NCBI GenBank assembly: GCA_013265495.1
Contig: MU057552.1
Span: forward strand, 164,741 to 217,357
Direction of reading: 5' to 3'
DNA length: 52,617 nucleotides
From: Vicugna vicugna
Lineage: Eukaryota
Shown: positions 14,051 to 25,447 of the stretch, piece after piece
Numbering within the stretch: position 1 is the first letter of the stretch
Layout of the letters: each line of letters starts with the position of its first letter
Made by a program: the position numbers and the translations under genes
The notes under the pieces: model-generated
The model's input: the letters and a program-made list of their open reading frames with translations, nothing else
Databases searched by the model: none
Told to the model about the DNA's origin: nothing

Positions 14051-14244
14051 TTTTTTTTCTCTGTTTTATATTTTAGTGCTTTATTTTGTGTTGAAAAGTT
14101 TCTCTTTTTCTTCTTTTTCTCTTTTTAAATGTTTTTATTGAGTAATAGTCATTTTACAATGTTGTGTCAAATTCCACTGTAGAACACAATTTCTCAGTTA
14201 TACATGAACATACATATATTAATTGTCACCTTTTTTTCACTGTG
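14051..14244 (-). mobile_element. Short young L1 3' end with probable 3' transduction, flanked by a 14-bp TSD
   Basis: CAGGAGAAAACTCT at 14037-14050 and 14245-14258; 14125-14244 matches in reverse the young L1 tails elsewhere in this window (e.g. 38680-38785). Confidence 0.85.
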
Positions 14245-14416
14245 CAGGAGAAAACTCTCATATGTTAGAAATGAAGAAACTCTTATGAGTTCCAAAATGT
14301 AAGATGATTCAATTATTCTGAGTAATGTGTTATTTAAGCACACCCTGATGATCCTGAATGATGACAAACTAGCACAGTCACTTAACAAAGCAACACAAAG
14401 CCAAACAATGTAACAT

Positions 14417-14992
14417 GGTAACCACTAGTTTGTTCTCTATAAGTCTGTTTCTTTTTTGTTATATTCACTAGTTTATAATTTGTTGTATTTTTTAGATTCC
14501 ATGTATAAGTGATATCATACAGTATTTGTCTTTGTCTGCCTCATTTCACTAAGCATAATACCCTGCAAGTCCATCCATGTTGTTGTAAATGACAAATTTT
14601 CATTTTTTATGGCTGATTAGTATTCCATTGTATGTATGTGTGTGTGTATATATGTATCTATATATATACACCAAGGATCAAATGGTAGTTCCATTTTTAG
14701 CTTTTTGAGGAACCTCCATACTGTTTTCTACAGTGGCTACACCAATTTACATTCTCACTGACAGCATATGAGGGATTCCTTTTCTCCATATCCCTGCCAA
14801 CTTTTGTTATTTGGGTTCTTTTAGAAGACCATTCTGACAGGTATGAGGTGATGCCCCATTGTGGGTTTGATTTGCATTTCTCTGATTATTAGTGGTGGTG
14901 AGCATCTTTTCACATGCTTGTTGGCCATCTGTATGTCTTATTTGGCAAAATGTCTATTCAGATCTCCTGCCTAATTTTCAATTGAGTTGTTA
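14417..14992 (-). mobile_element. Older L1 ORF2 C-terminus/3' UTR fragment
   Basis: Antisense L1 phrases: gtccatccatgttgttgtaaatg, ttttgaggaacctccatactgtttt, tttgatttgcatttctctgat, gagcatcttttcacatgcttgttggccat. Confidence 0.85.
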
Positions 14993-16580
14993 TACAAATA
15001 TCGTTTATAATGATATATGTAACAAACATAAAAGCTCCTAAATATATGAAGCAAACATTGACAAAATTGCAGGGAGAAGTAGAAAGCTCTACAATAATAA
15101 TAGAAGACATCAATAACACACTTTTAATAATAGGTAGAACAACAAGACAGAAGGTCAATAAGGAAATAGGCAGCTTGAACAACATTATAGATCAGTTGAA
15201 CCTGAGAGAGATATATATAGAAAACTTCACTTCACAAAACAGCAAGACACATTGTTCTCTAGTATATATGGAATATTCTCCAGGTTACACTATATGTCAG
15301 GCCACAAAAATGTCTCAATAGATTTAAAGAGATTGAAATCATACAAATAATCTTTTAAATCAAAATGGAATGAAACTAAATATCAGTAGCAGAAAAAAAC
15401 TGGGAAGATCCACTAATGTGAGGAATTAACACCCTTAAACCACCCATGGGTCAGAGAAGGAACTATAAGAAAATTAAGGAAAACTGAGTCAAATGAAAAT
15501 GAAAACCTAGCATAAAGAACTTAGGGATTCTGCAAAAGTAGTGCTAAGAAGGAAATTTATACCTGCAAATGCTTATATTAAAAAAAGAACAATTCCCAAA
15601 TCAACAATTTACACCTTAAAAACTAAAAAAGAACAAATTAAATGCAAAACTAGTAGCAGAAAGTTAATAATAAAGATTCAAGCAGAGATACTCAAAATGA
15701 AAACAGAAAAGATACAGAGAAAAATCAATAAAACCAAGAGTTGTTTTATTGAAAACATAAACAAAATTGACAAACTTTTTGCTAGGTTGACTATGGAAAA
15801 AGGAAACACAATCAAATAACTAAAATCATAAATGAAAGAAGGGATGCTACAATAAATTTTACAAAAATAAAAAGTATTATAATAGCATTATGAAAAATTG
15901 TACACCAACAATTTGGCTATCTCAGATGAAATAGACAAATTTCTTGAATCACAAAACCTACCAAGACTGAACCATAAAGAAATAGAAAATCTAAACATCC
16001 AAAACTAGTTAGGAGATTGAATCAATGATCAAAAAACTTCCAACAAATAAAGGTCAGGGCCAGAAGACTTCACTTGTGAAGTCTACCAAATATTTACAGA
16101 AGAATTAACACTGATTCTCCCCCAAACTCTTCCAAAAAATTGAAGAGGAGGGAGCATTTCCAGACTCATTTTATGGTGTCACCATTACACTGATACCAAA
16201 TCCTGACAAGGACACTATAAAAATTGCAGAAAAATATCCCTGATGAAAATTCTCAAGAAATTATCAGCAGACAATTTAACAGCACATTTGTAAGTATTAT
16301 ACACTGTGACCAAGTGGAATTTATTCCTGGAATGCAAGAATGGTTCAACATACAAATGTTAATCAATTTAATATACCACAGTAGCAGAAGAAAGGTGAAG
16401 GGAATCCATGATCATCTCAATTTATGCAGAAAGAGCATTTGACATAATTTAACACTTTTAATTATGTAAACCCTTAACAAACTAGGAATAAAAGCTAACT
16501 ACCTCAACATAATAAATGATACATATGAAAAGCCCACAGCTAATATACTCAATGGTGAGGCTGAGGGCTTTCCCTCTAAG
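14993..16580 (+). mobile_element. Older L1 ORF2 fragment (endonuclease to RT), disrupted
   Basis: ORF track pieces IYVTNIKAPKYMKQTLTKLQGEVESSTIII, KINKTKSCFIENINKIDK and IIHCDQVEFIPGMQEWFNIQ are L1 ORF2 motifs; many frameshifts. Confidence 0.9.
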
Positions 16581-16829
16581 AAAGCTTAATAAAGAGACTA
16601 AATTCTTCACAAGGAAATTCACAAAATACCATTAAATAGAATAATATTCAAGATTCTCTATATCTTCTTTATAGACCAAAAAAAAATCCAAAACAAAAAA
16701 CTTACACCAGGAACATAATGATAAGAGTCCCTAGTTGAGGGCAGCAATGAACAGGAGACTACAGTAGACACGTGACTAGATTGTATAGTAGGAAATATTT
16801 AGAAACATTACATAAAATTTATATTAGTC

Positions 16830-17065
16830 AATAGACTCACACAAGTCAATGGAACAGAATAGAAAACCCAGAAATAGCCCCCACCCAAGAACAGGAAGCT
16901 GATTTTTGACAAAGATACAAAAAGCAATTTTTGAAAAGTCTTCAACCAATGGTGCTGGGACAATTGGATATGCATAGAAAAAAATGAACCTTGACCTAAG
17001 TCTTACACCTTATGAAAAAATAACTCAAAATGAATCACAGACCTTCATGTAAAACATAAATATAT
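16830..17065 (+). mobile_element. Older L1 ORF2 distal fragment abutting the satellite
   Basis: caatggaacagaatagaaaacccagaaata, caatggtgctgggacaattggatat, aaataactcaaaatgaatcacagacct. Confidence 0.8.
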
Positions 17066-20000
17066 CTAGAAAAACATACTCTGATTTCTCAGCATGTTTC
17101 CTAGAGAAAGTTTCAAATTAAGGCAGTTTGTGCTGGAAAATACATTTGGAGTGATTGCTCACCTTTTGTATATAGGTAAGCCTGTCATCCTAACAAAGAA
17201 AATCTGTTCCCAACAAGGTAGTTGAAGGACAACTTCCAACAAATTAAGATCCCAGATTGGAACATGTGGAGAAGTGTTCATTCAGCTAGCCAGAATAGCC
17301 ATGGTATATCTAGAAACAATTACCCTGAAATAAAAGTCAAGTTCTGTAGAGATGGTTTGAAGGTAAAGGAGGTTTGAGCTGGAAAACCGAGTTGGAGAGA
17401 GTGCCTCTCATTATGTATTTAGGAAGGCTTGTCAACATAACACAAAAATTTTTGTTCCCAACATGGTAGGTGAATAACAGCTTGCACACACATTTGGATC
17501 AAAAAATGGAACATGTGGGAAAGCCTTCATTCAGCTAGACTGAAAGTGAAGGGTACAAGTATAAACAAGGTAAATTCTCAGCAAGCTTCCAAGAGCTGGT
17601 TTCAAGGGAAAGGAAGTTTGTGCTGAAAAACCAAGTTAGAGTGAGTGCCTCCCCTTATATATATGTGTAGGCCAGTGTCACTAACCCATAAACTAGGTGT
17701 TACCAACAAGGTAGTTGAAGGACGGCTTCCACAGACAATCGGATCCCAGAATGGAACATGTGTAGAAACGATCATTCATCTAGCACAAAGGACAAGGGTA
17801 CATCTAGAAACACTTACCCTGATTTCTCAGCAAGTTTCCTAAAGACAGTTTCAAGGTAATGGCAGTTTGAACAGGAAAACCGAGTTGGAGAGAGGGCATT
17901 TGCTTTTATATACAGGTACACCAGTGCCCCTAACCCAGAAACTCTGTATTCCCAACTAGGTAGTTGAAGGACGGTTTCTAAACACATTTGGATCCCAGAA
18001 TGGAACATATGCTGAAGAGTTTATTCATCTAGCACAAAGAGAAAGGGTGCATCTAGAAACACTGACTTCTCAGCATGTTTCTGAGAGCAGGTTTAAAGGT
18101 AAAGGCAGTTTGCTCTACAAAACTGAGTTGGAGAGAGTGCCTCCCCATATATATATATATATAGCTAGGCCAATGCCACAGAACTAGAAACCCTGTGTTC
18201 CCAAGAAGTTAGTTGAAGGATGGTTTCCACATACAGTCAGATCCCAGAATGGAACATGTGCTTCAGCATTCATTCATCAAGCAGAAATGGCAAGGGTAAA
18301 TCTAGAAACACTTACTCTGTTTTCTCAGCATGTTTCCTAGTGCCGATTTCAAGGTAAAGGCAGTTTGTGCTGGAAAACCTGGTTGGAGTGAGTGTCTCCC
18401 CTTATAAATATAAGTAGGCCAGTGCCCCTAACCAAGAAACTCTCTGTTCCCAACAAGGTAGGAGAATGAAGCCTTCCACACATAATTGGATCCCAGAATG
18501 GAACATGTGGAGAAGTGTTCATTCGTCTAGCACAAAGGACAAGGATATATCTAGAAACACTTACCCTGATTTCTCAGCATGTTTCCTAGTGACGGTTTCA
18601 ATGTAAAGGAAGTTTGTGCTCAAAAACCATGTCGGAGTGAGTGAATCTGCTTATATATATATATATAGGCAGGCAAGTGCCCCTAACCCAGAAACTCTGT
18701 ATTCCCAACAAAGTTGTTGAAGGATGGCTTCCACACACATTTGGATACCAGAATGGAACATGTGGAGAAGCGTTCATTCATCTAGCACAAAGGGCAAGTG
18801 TACATCTGGAAACACTTACCCTCATTTCTAAGCATGCTGCCTAGAGTAGGTTTCAAGGTAAAGGCAGTTTGCACTGGAAAACTGAGTTGGAGTGAGTACC
18901 TCCCATAATATACATAGGTTGGCCAGTGCCCCTAACTGAGAACCTCTGTGTTCCCAACAAGCTAGGTAAAGGACAGCTTCCACACACATTCAGTTCCCAG
19001 AATGGAACATGTGGAGAAGCATTCATTCATCTAGCACAAAGGGCAAGTGTACATCTGGAAACACTTACCCTCATTTCTAAGCATGCTGCCTAGAGTATGT
19101 TTCAAGGTAAAGGCAGTTTGCACTGGAAAACTGAGTTGGAGCATGTGCCTCCCCTAATATATATAGGTAGGCTAGTGCCCCTAAACCAGAAACTCTGTGT
19201 TCGGATCAAGGTAGGTGAATCATGGTTTCTGCACACATTAGGATCACAGAAGCATTCTTTTATTCTAGCAGAGTGGGCAAGGTTACACGTGGAAATACTT
19301 TGCCTGATTTCTCAGCATGTTTCATCGAGCCAGTTTCAAGGTAGAGGCTGTTTGCATTGGAAAATTGAGTTGAAGTGAGTGCCTCCTTTTATATATATAG
19401 GTAGCCAAGTGCCCTTAACACAGAAACTCTGTGTTCTGAACAAGGTATGTGAGGAGGGCTTGCACACACATTTGAATGTCAGAATGGAAAATGTGGAGAA
19501 ACGTTAATTTATCTAGCACAGAGAGCAAGTGTACATCTAGAAACAATTACCCTGATTTCTCAGCATGTTTCCTATAGTCAGTTTCAAGGTAAAGGCAGTC
19601 TGTGCTAATAAATGACTTGGAGTGAGGCTCTCCCCTAATATATATAGGTAGGCCACTGACTCTAACCCAGTAACTCTGTGTTCACAACAAGGTTTCTGAA
19701 GGTTGGCTTACACATACATTCGGATCCCAGAATGGAACATGACGAGAATTGTTCTTTAACCTAGCTCAAAAGGGAAAGATATATCTTGAAATACATACCC
19801 TGTCTTCTCGGAATGTTTCCTTGAGCTGGTTTCAATGTAAAGGCAGTTTGTTCTGGTAAGTCGAGTTGGATCAAGAGCCTTTCCTTATATATACAGGTTG
19901 GCCAGTTCCCCTATCCCAGAAACTCCATGTTAACAAGGTAGGTGAAGGACTGCTTCCACACAGATTAGAAACCCAAAATGGAACATGTGAAGAAGCATTC

Positions 20001-23000
20001 ATTCATCTAGCACAAGGGGAAAGTGTACATCTAGAAACCCATACCCTGATTGCTCAGCATGTTTCCTGGAGCAGATTTTAAGAGAAAGGCAATTTGTGCT
20101 GGAAAACCGAGTTGGAGAGAGTGCATACTCATAGGTATGTAAGTAGAGTCCCCCCCCACACACAGAAAGTCTGTGTTCCCAACAAGCTAGGTGAAGGATG
20201 GCTTCCAAACACATTCGGATCCTAGAATGGATCATGTGAAGAGGTGTTCATTTGTCTACCATACAGGGCATGGGTATATCTAGAAACACTTACTGTGGTT
20301 TCTCAGCATGTTGCCTAGTGACATTTCCAAGGGAAAAGCAGTTTGTGCTGGAAAACAGAGAAGGAATGAGTGACTCCAAACAGGTATGTAAGTAGTGTAG
20401 TTCCCCTAACACAGAAACTGTGTTCCCAACAAGCAAGTTGTAGACGGCGTTCACACACATTCAGATTCCAGAGTGGAGCATGTGGAGATGCGTTCATTCA
20501 TCTATCGTACAGGTAATGGTTATATCTAGAAACACATACTCTGATTTCTCAATAAGTTTCATAGAGCCGATATCAAAGGAATGCCCATTTGTGCTGGAAA
20601 ACTGACTTTGGTCGAGTGCCTGCCCACAGATATGTAAATGGCATTGCTCTTCTTACCCAGAAACTCTGTGTTCCCAACAGGCTAGTCGAAGGATTACTTC
20701 CAAGCATGTTGGGAACTAACATTGGAGTATGTGGGGATGAGTTAATTCAACTAGCATACATAGCATGGGTATATCTAGAAACACATCTGATTTCTCAGCA
20801 TCTTTCGTAGAGCTGTTTTCAAGGGAAAGGCAGTTTGCACTGGAAAACCGAGTTGGAGTGAGTGCCTTTATATAGATATGTAAGAAGTGTAGATCCCTGA
20901 ACACAGAAATCTGTGTTCCCAACAATCCAGATGAAGGACGTCTTCCACAAACATTCGGATCCCAGAATGAACCATGTGGAGATACCTTCATTCATCTAGC
21001 ATACAGGGCATGAGTCCATGTAGAAACACTCTCTGAATTCTCAGCATTTATCCTAAAGCCGGTATTAATGGAAAGACAGTTTGCACTGAAAAACCGAGTT
21101 GCAGCATGTGCCTACCCATAAATATATAAGTAGTGTAATTCCCCTAAGACAGAAACTCCATGTTCCCAACAAGCTAGGTGAAGGACAGCTTCCACTTACA
21201 TTTGGATCCCAGAGTGGAGTATGTGGAGAGACTTTCATTCATCTAGCATACAGGGCATGAATATGTCTAGAAACACTCTGATTTCTCAGCAAGTTTCATA
21301 GAGCCAGTTTCAAGTGAAATGTATTTTGTGCTGGAAAACAGAGTTGGAGCCAGTTCCTTCTCATAGATATGTAGGCAGCTTACTTCCCCTAAAACAGAAA
21401 CTCTGTGATCCCAGCAATCTAGGTGAAGGATGGCTTCCACACACATTCTGATTCCAGAATGGAGTATGTGGAGAGGCGTTCATTCATCTAGCATACAGGG
21501 CATGGGTACATCTAGAAACACTCAGCATGTTCCCTAGAGCTGGGTTCAGGGGAAATGCAGTTTTCACTGGAAAACTGAGTTGGAGCAGATGCCTCCACAT
21601 ACGTATGTAAATAGCACAGTTTCCCTAATACAGAATCTCTGTGTTCCCAACAAGCTAGGTGAAGGACAGCTTCCAAATACATAGGGATCTAAGAATGGAA
21701 TATGTGGGGAGGCATTCATTCAACTAGCATACATCACATGGGTATATCTAGAAACACTTACTCTCATTTCTCAGTGTCTCTCATAGAGTCATTTTCAAGG
21801 GAAAGGTGGTTTGTGAAGGAAAACTCAGTGGAGCGAGTGCCTTTCCATACTAATTTAAGTAGTGTAGAAACCCTAACCAATAAACTATATGTTCCCAACA
21901 ATCTAGGTAAAGAACTACTACCATACACATTTGAATTCCAGAATGGAGCATGTGGAAAGGCATTCATTCATCTAGCATACAGGATATGAGTACATCTAGA
22001 AACACTCTCATTTCTCAGCATGTTTCTTAGAGCCAGTTTCAAGGGAAAGATAGTTTGCACTGGAAAACCAAGTTGGAGTGAGTGCTTCCCCATAGATATG
22101 TAAGTAGCATAGTTTCCATAAGCCAGAAACTCTATGTTCCCAATAAGCTAGGTGAAGGATGGCTTCCAAATATATAGGGATCTAAGAGTGAAGTATGTGG
22201 GGAGGTGATTATTCAACTAGCGTAGATCACATGGGTATATCTCGAAACACTTACTCTCATTTCTCAGCATCCTTCATAGAGCCGTTTTCAAGGGAAAGGC
22301 AGTTTGCGATGGAAAACTGAGTGGAGGGAGTGCCTCTCCATAGGTATGTAAGTAGTGTAGTTCCCCTAAGATAGAAACTCTATATTGCAGACAATCTAGG
22401 TGAAGGATGGCTTCCACACACGTTCAGATCCCAGAATGGAGCATGTGGAAAGGCATTCATTTATGCAGCATTCAAAGTCTGAATATATCTAGAAACACTT
22501 ACTCTGATTTATCAGCATGATTCCTAAACCTGATTTCAAAGGAAAGGCATTTTGCACTGGAAAACTGATTTGGACCCAGTGCCTCCCCATAGGTATGAAT
22601 ATAGCTGAATTCTCCTAACACAGAAACTCTGTGTTCCCAACAAGCTCGGTGAAAGAAGTCTTCCACAGCCATACAGATCCCAGAATGGAGCACGGCAAAA
22701 TCCATTCATTCATCTAGCAAACAGGGCATGGGTGCGTGTAGGAACACTTACTCTGACCGTTCATCATGTTTTCTAAAACAGGTTTCAAGGGAAAGGCTGT
22801 TTGCATTGGAAAATCTGGTTGGATCAAATGCATGCCCATAGATATATAAGTAGCCTAGTTCCCATAACACAGAAATTATGTGTTGGCAACAAGCTAGGTG
22901 AAGGACAGCTTCCACACACATTTGGATCCCAAAATGGAGCATGTGAAGAAGCGTTCATTCATCTAGTATACAGGGCATGGGTACATCTAGAAACACTTTG

Positions 23001-25447
23001 ATTTCTCAGCATGTTTCCAAGAGCCAGTTTCAAGGGAAAGGAAGTTTACCCTGGAAAAGTGAGTTGGAGTATCTCCTCATTGATATGTAAGCACAGTAGA
23101 TCCTCTAACACAGGAACTTAGAGTTCTCAATAATTTAGATGAAGAATGGCTGCCACACACATTCGGATCCCAGAATGGAGCATGTAGAGAGGTGTTCATT
23201 CATCTGTCATATATTTAATTGTTATATCTAGAAACACATACTCTGATAACTCAAAATGCTTCTTAAAGCCAATTTCAAAGGAAAGGCCGTTTGCCCTGGA
23301 AAACTGAGTTTGAATGAGTTCCTGCCCACAGATATGTAAGTGGCATTGTTACCCTAACAGAAACTCTGTGTTCCCAACAAGTTAGGTGAAGGATTGTTTC
23401 CAAACATATTGCAATCTAAGAATAGAGGATGTGGGGAGGCAGTCATTCAAATAGCATACATAGCATGGTTATATATAGAAACACTTAATCTGATTTCTAT
23501 GCATCTGTCCTAGAGCCGGTTTCAAGGGAAAGACACTTTGTGCTGGAAAACCGAGTTGGAGCAACTGCCTCTCCATAGGTATGTAAGTAGCGTAGTACCC
23601 CTAACAGAAACTCTTTGTTCCCAAAGAGTTAGGTGAAGGATGGCTTCCACACACATTCGGATCCCAGAATACAACATGTGGAGGGACCTTCATTCATCTA
23701 GGATACAGAGCATGGGTACAACTAGGAACAATTACCTTGAAATCTCAGCATGTTTCCTTGTGCTGGGTTAAGAGAAAGTCAGTTTGTGTTGGGAAAAAGA
23801 GTTGGGGGGTGCCTACACAATTGTATGTAAGTAGTGTAGTTCCCCTAACCCAGAATCTCTGTTTTCCCAACAAGCTAGGTGAAGGATGGTTTCTTCAAAT
23901 ACTCGGATTCCATAATGGAGCATGTGGAGAGGTGTTCATTCATCCAGCATATAGGGAATGTGTACATCTAGAAACACTTACTATGATTTCTCAGCATGTT
24001 CCCTAGTGTCAGTTTTAAGGGAAAAGCATTTTGTGCTGGAACACCAAGTTGGAGTGAGTGAATACCCATAGGTGTGCAAGTAGTGTAGATCCCCTAGCCC
24101 AGAAACTCTGTGTTACCAACAATCTAGGTGAAGGACAGCCTCCACACACATTCAGATCCCACAATGGAGCATATGGAGATGTGTTCTTACATCTAGCATA
24201 CAGGGCATGGGCACATTCGGAAACCCTTACTCTGATTTCTCAGCATGTTTCCTAGAGCCAGTTTCAAGGGAAAGGCAATTTCCATTGGAAAACCAAGCTG
24301 GAGTGAGTGCATGCCCATAGGTGTGTAAGTAGCGTAGATCCCCTAGACCAGTAACTCTATGTTCCCAACAAGCTAGGTGAAAGATGGCGTCCACACACTT
24401 TCAGATCCCAGAATGGAGCATGTGGAGAGGCATTCATTAATCTATCATACAGGAAATGGTTATATCTAAAACACATACTCTGATTTCTCAGCATGTTTCC
24501 TACAGCCGTTTTCAAGTTTAAGGCAGTTTGTGCAGGAATACCGAGTTGGAGTGAATGCCTCCCCATATATATGTAAGCAGTGCACTCCCCTAACACAGAA
24601 ACTCTCTGTTCCCTACAAGACAGGTGAAGGATGGCTTCTACACACATTTGGATCACAAAAAGGAACATGCGGAGAGGCGTTCACTCATTAAGCATACATT
24701 TCTTGGGTATATCTAGAAACATACACTGATTTCTCCACATGTTTCCTACTACCTTTCTTAAGGGACAGGCAGCTTGCCCTGGAAAACCGAGTTTGAGCAA
24801 GTGCTTCCCCATAGATATTTATGTGGTATTTTTCCTGTAACACAGAAAATCTTTGTTCTCAAAAAGCTAGGTGAACTATGGCTTCCAAACACATTCGGAT
24901 CCCATTATGGAGCATGTGGAGATGATTTCTTACATCTAGCATACAGGGCACGAGTATTTCTAGAAACAACCACTATGATTTCTCCGCATGTTTCCTAGAC
25001 CCGATTTCCAAGAAAGGAATTTTATGCTGGAAAACAGACTTGGTGTCAGTGTCTCATCATTGATATGAATGTAGCTTAGTTCTCCTAACACAGAAACTCT
25101 GTGTTCCCAACAAGCTAGGTGAAGGAGGTCTTCCACATTCATACACATCCCAGAATGGAGCATGGGATGAGCCATTGAATCATCTAGCATAAACAGCATG
25201 GGTACATGTAGAATCACTTACAATGAATTTTCAGTATGTTTTCTAGAACAGGTTACAAGGGAAAGGCACTTTGGCTGTAAAACTGAGATGGGTCAGTTCA
25301 TGCCTATAGATATATAAGTAGCATAGTTTTCATAACCAGAATCTCCATGTTGCCAACAAGCTAAGAGAAGGATGGCTTCCACAAACATTCAGATACTTAA
25401 ATGAAGCATGTGCAGAGGCATTGTTTCATCTAGCTTACAGATGCATA
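17062..25447 (+). repeat. ~247-bp tandem satellite, forward block (~34 diverged monomers)
   Basis: Recurring ctagaaacacttac(t/c)ctgatttctcagcatgtttcctag..ggaaaaccgagttggag..cagaaactctgtgttcccaacaag..ggatcccagaatgga; gatttctcag recurs at 17821, 18568 and 19554 (spacing 246-249 per unit). Confidence 0.97.

Noticed and set aside
19720..19740. CENP-B box at cattcggatcccagaatgg
   Set aside because: It has TTCG but lacks the A and CGGG positions of the TTCGnnnnAnnCGGG core.
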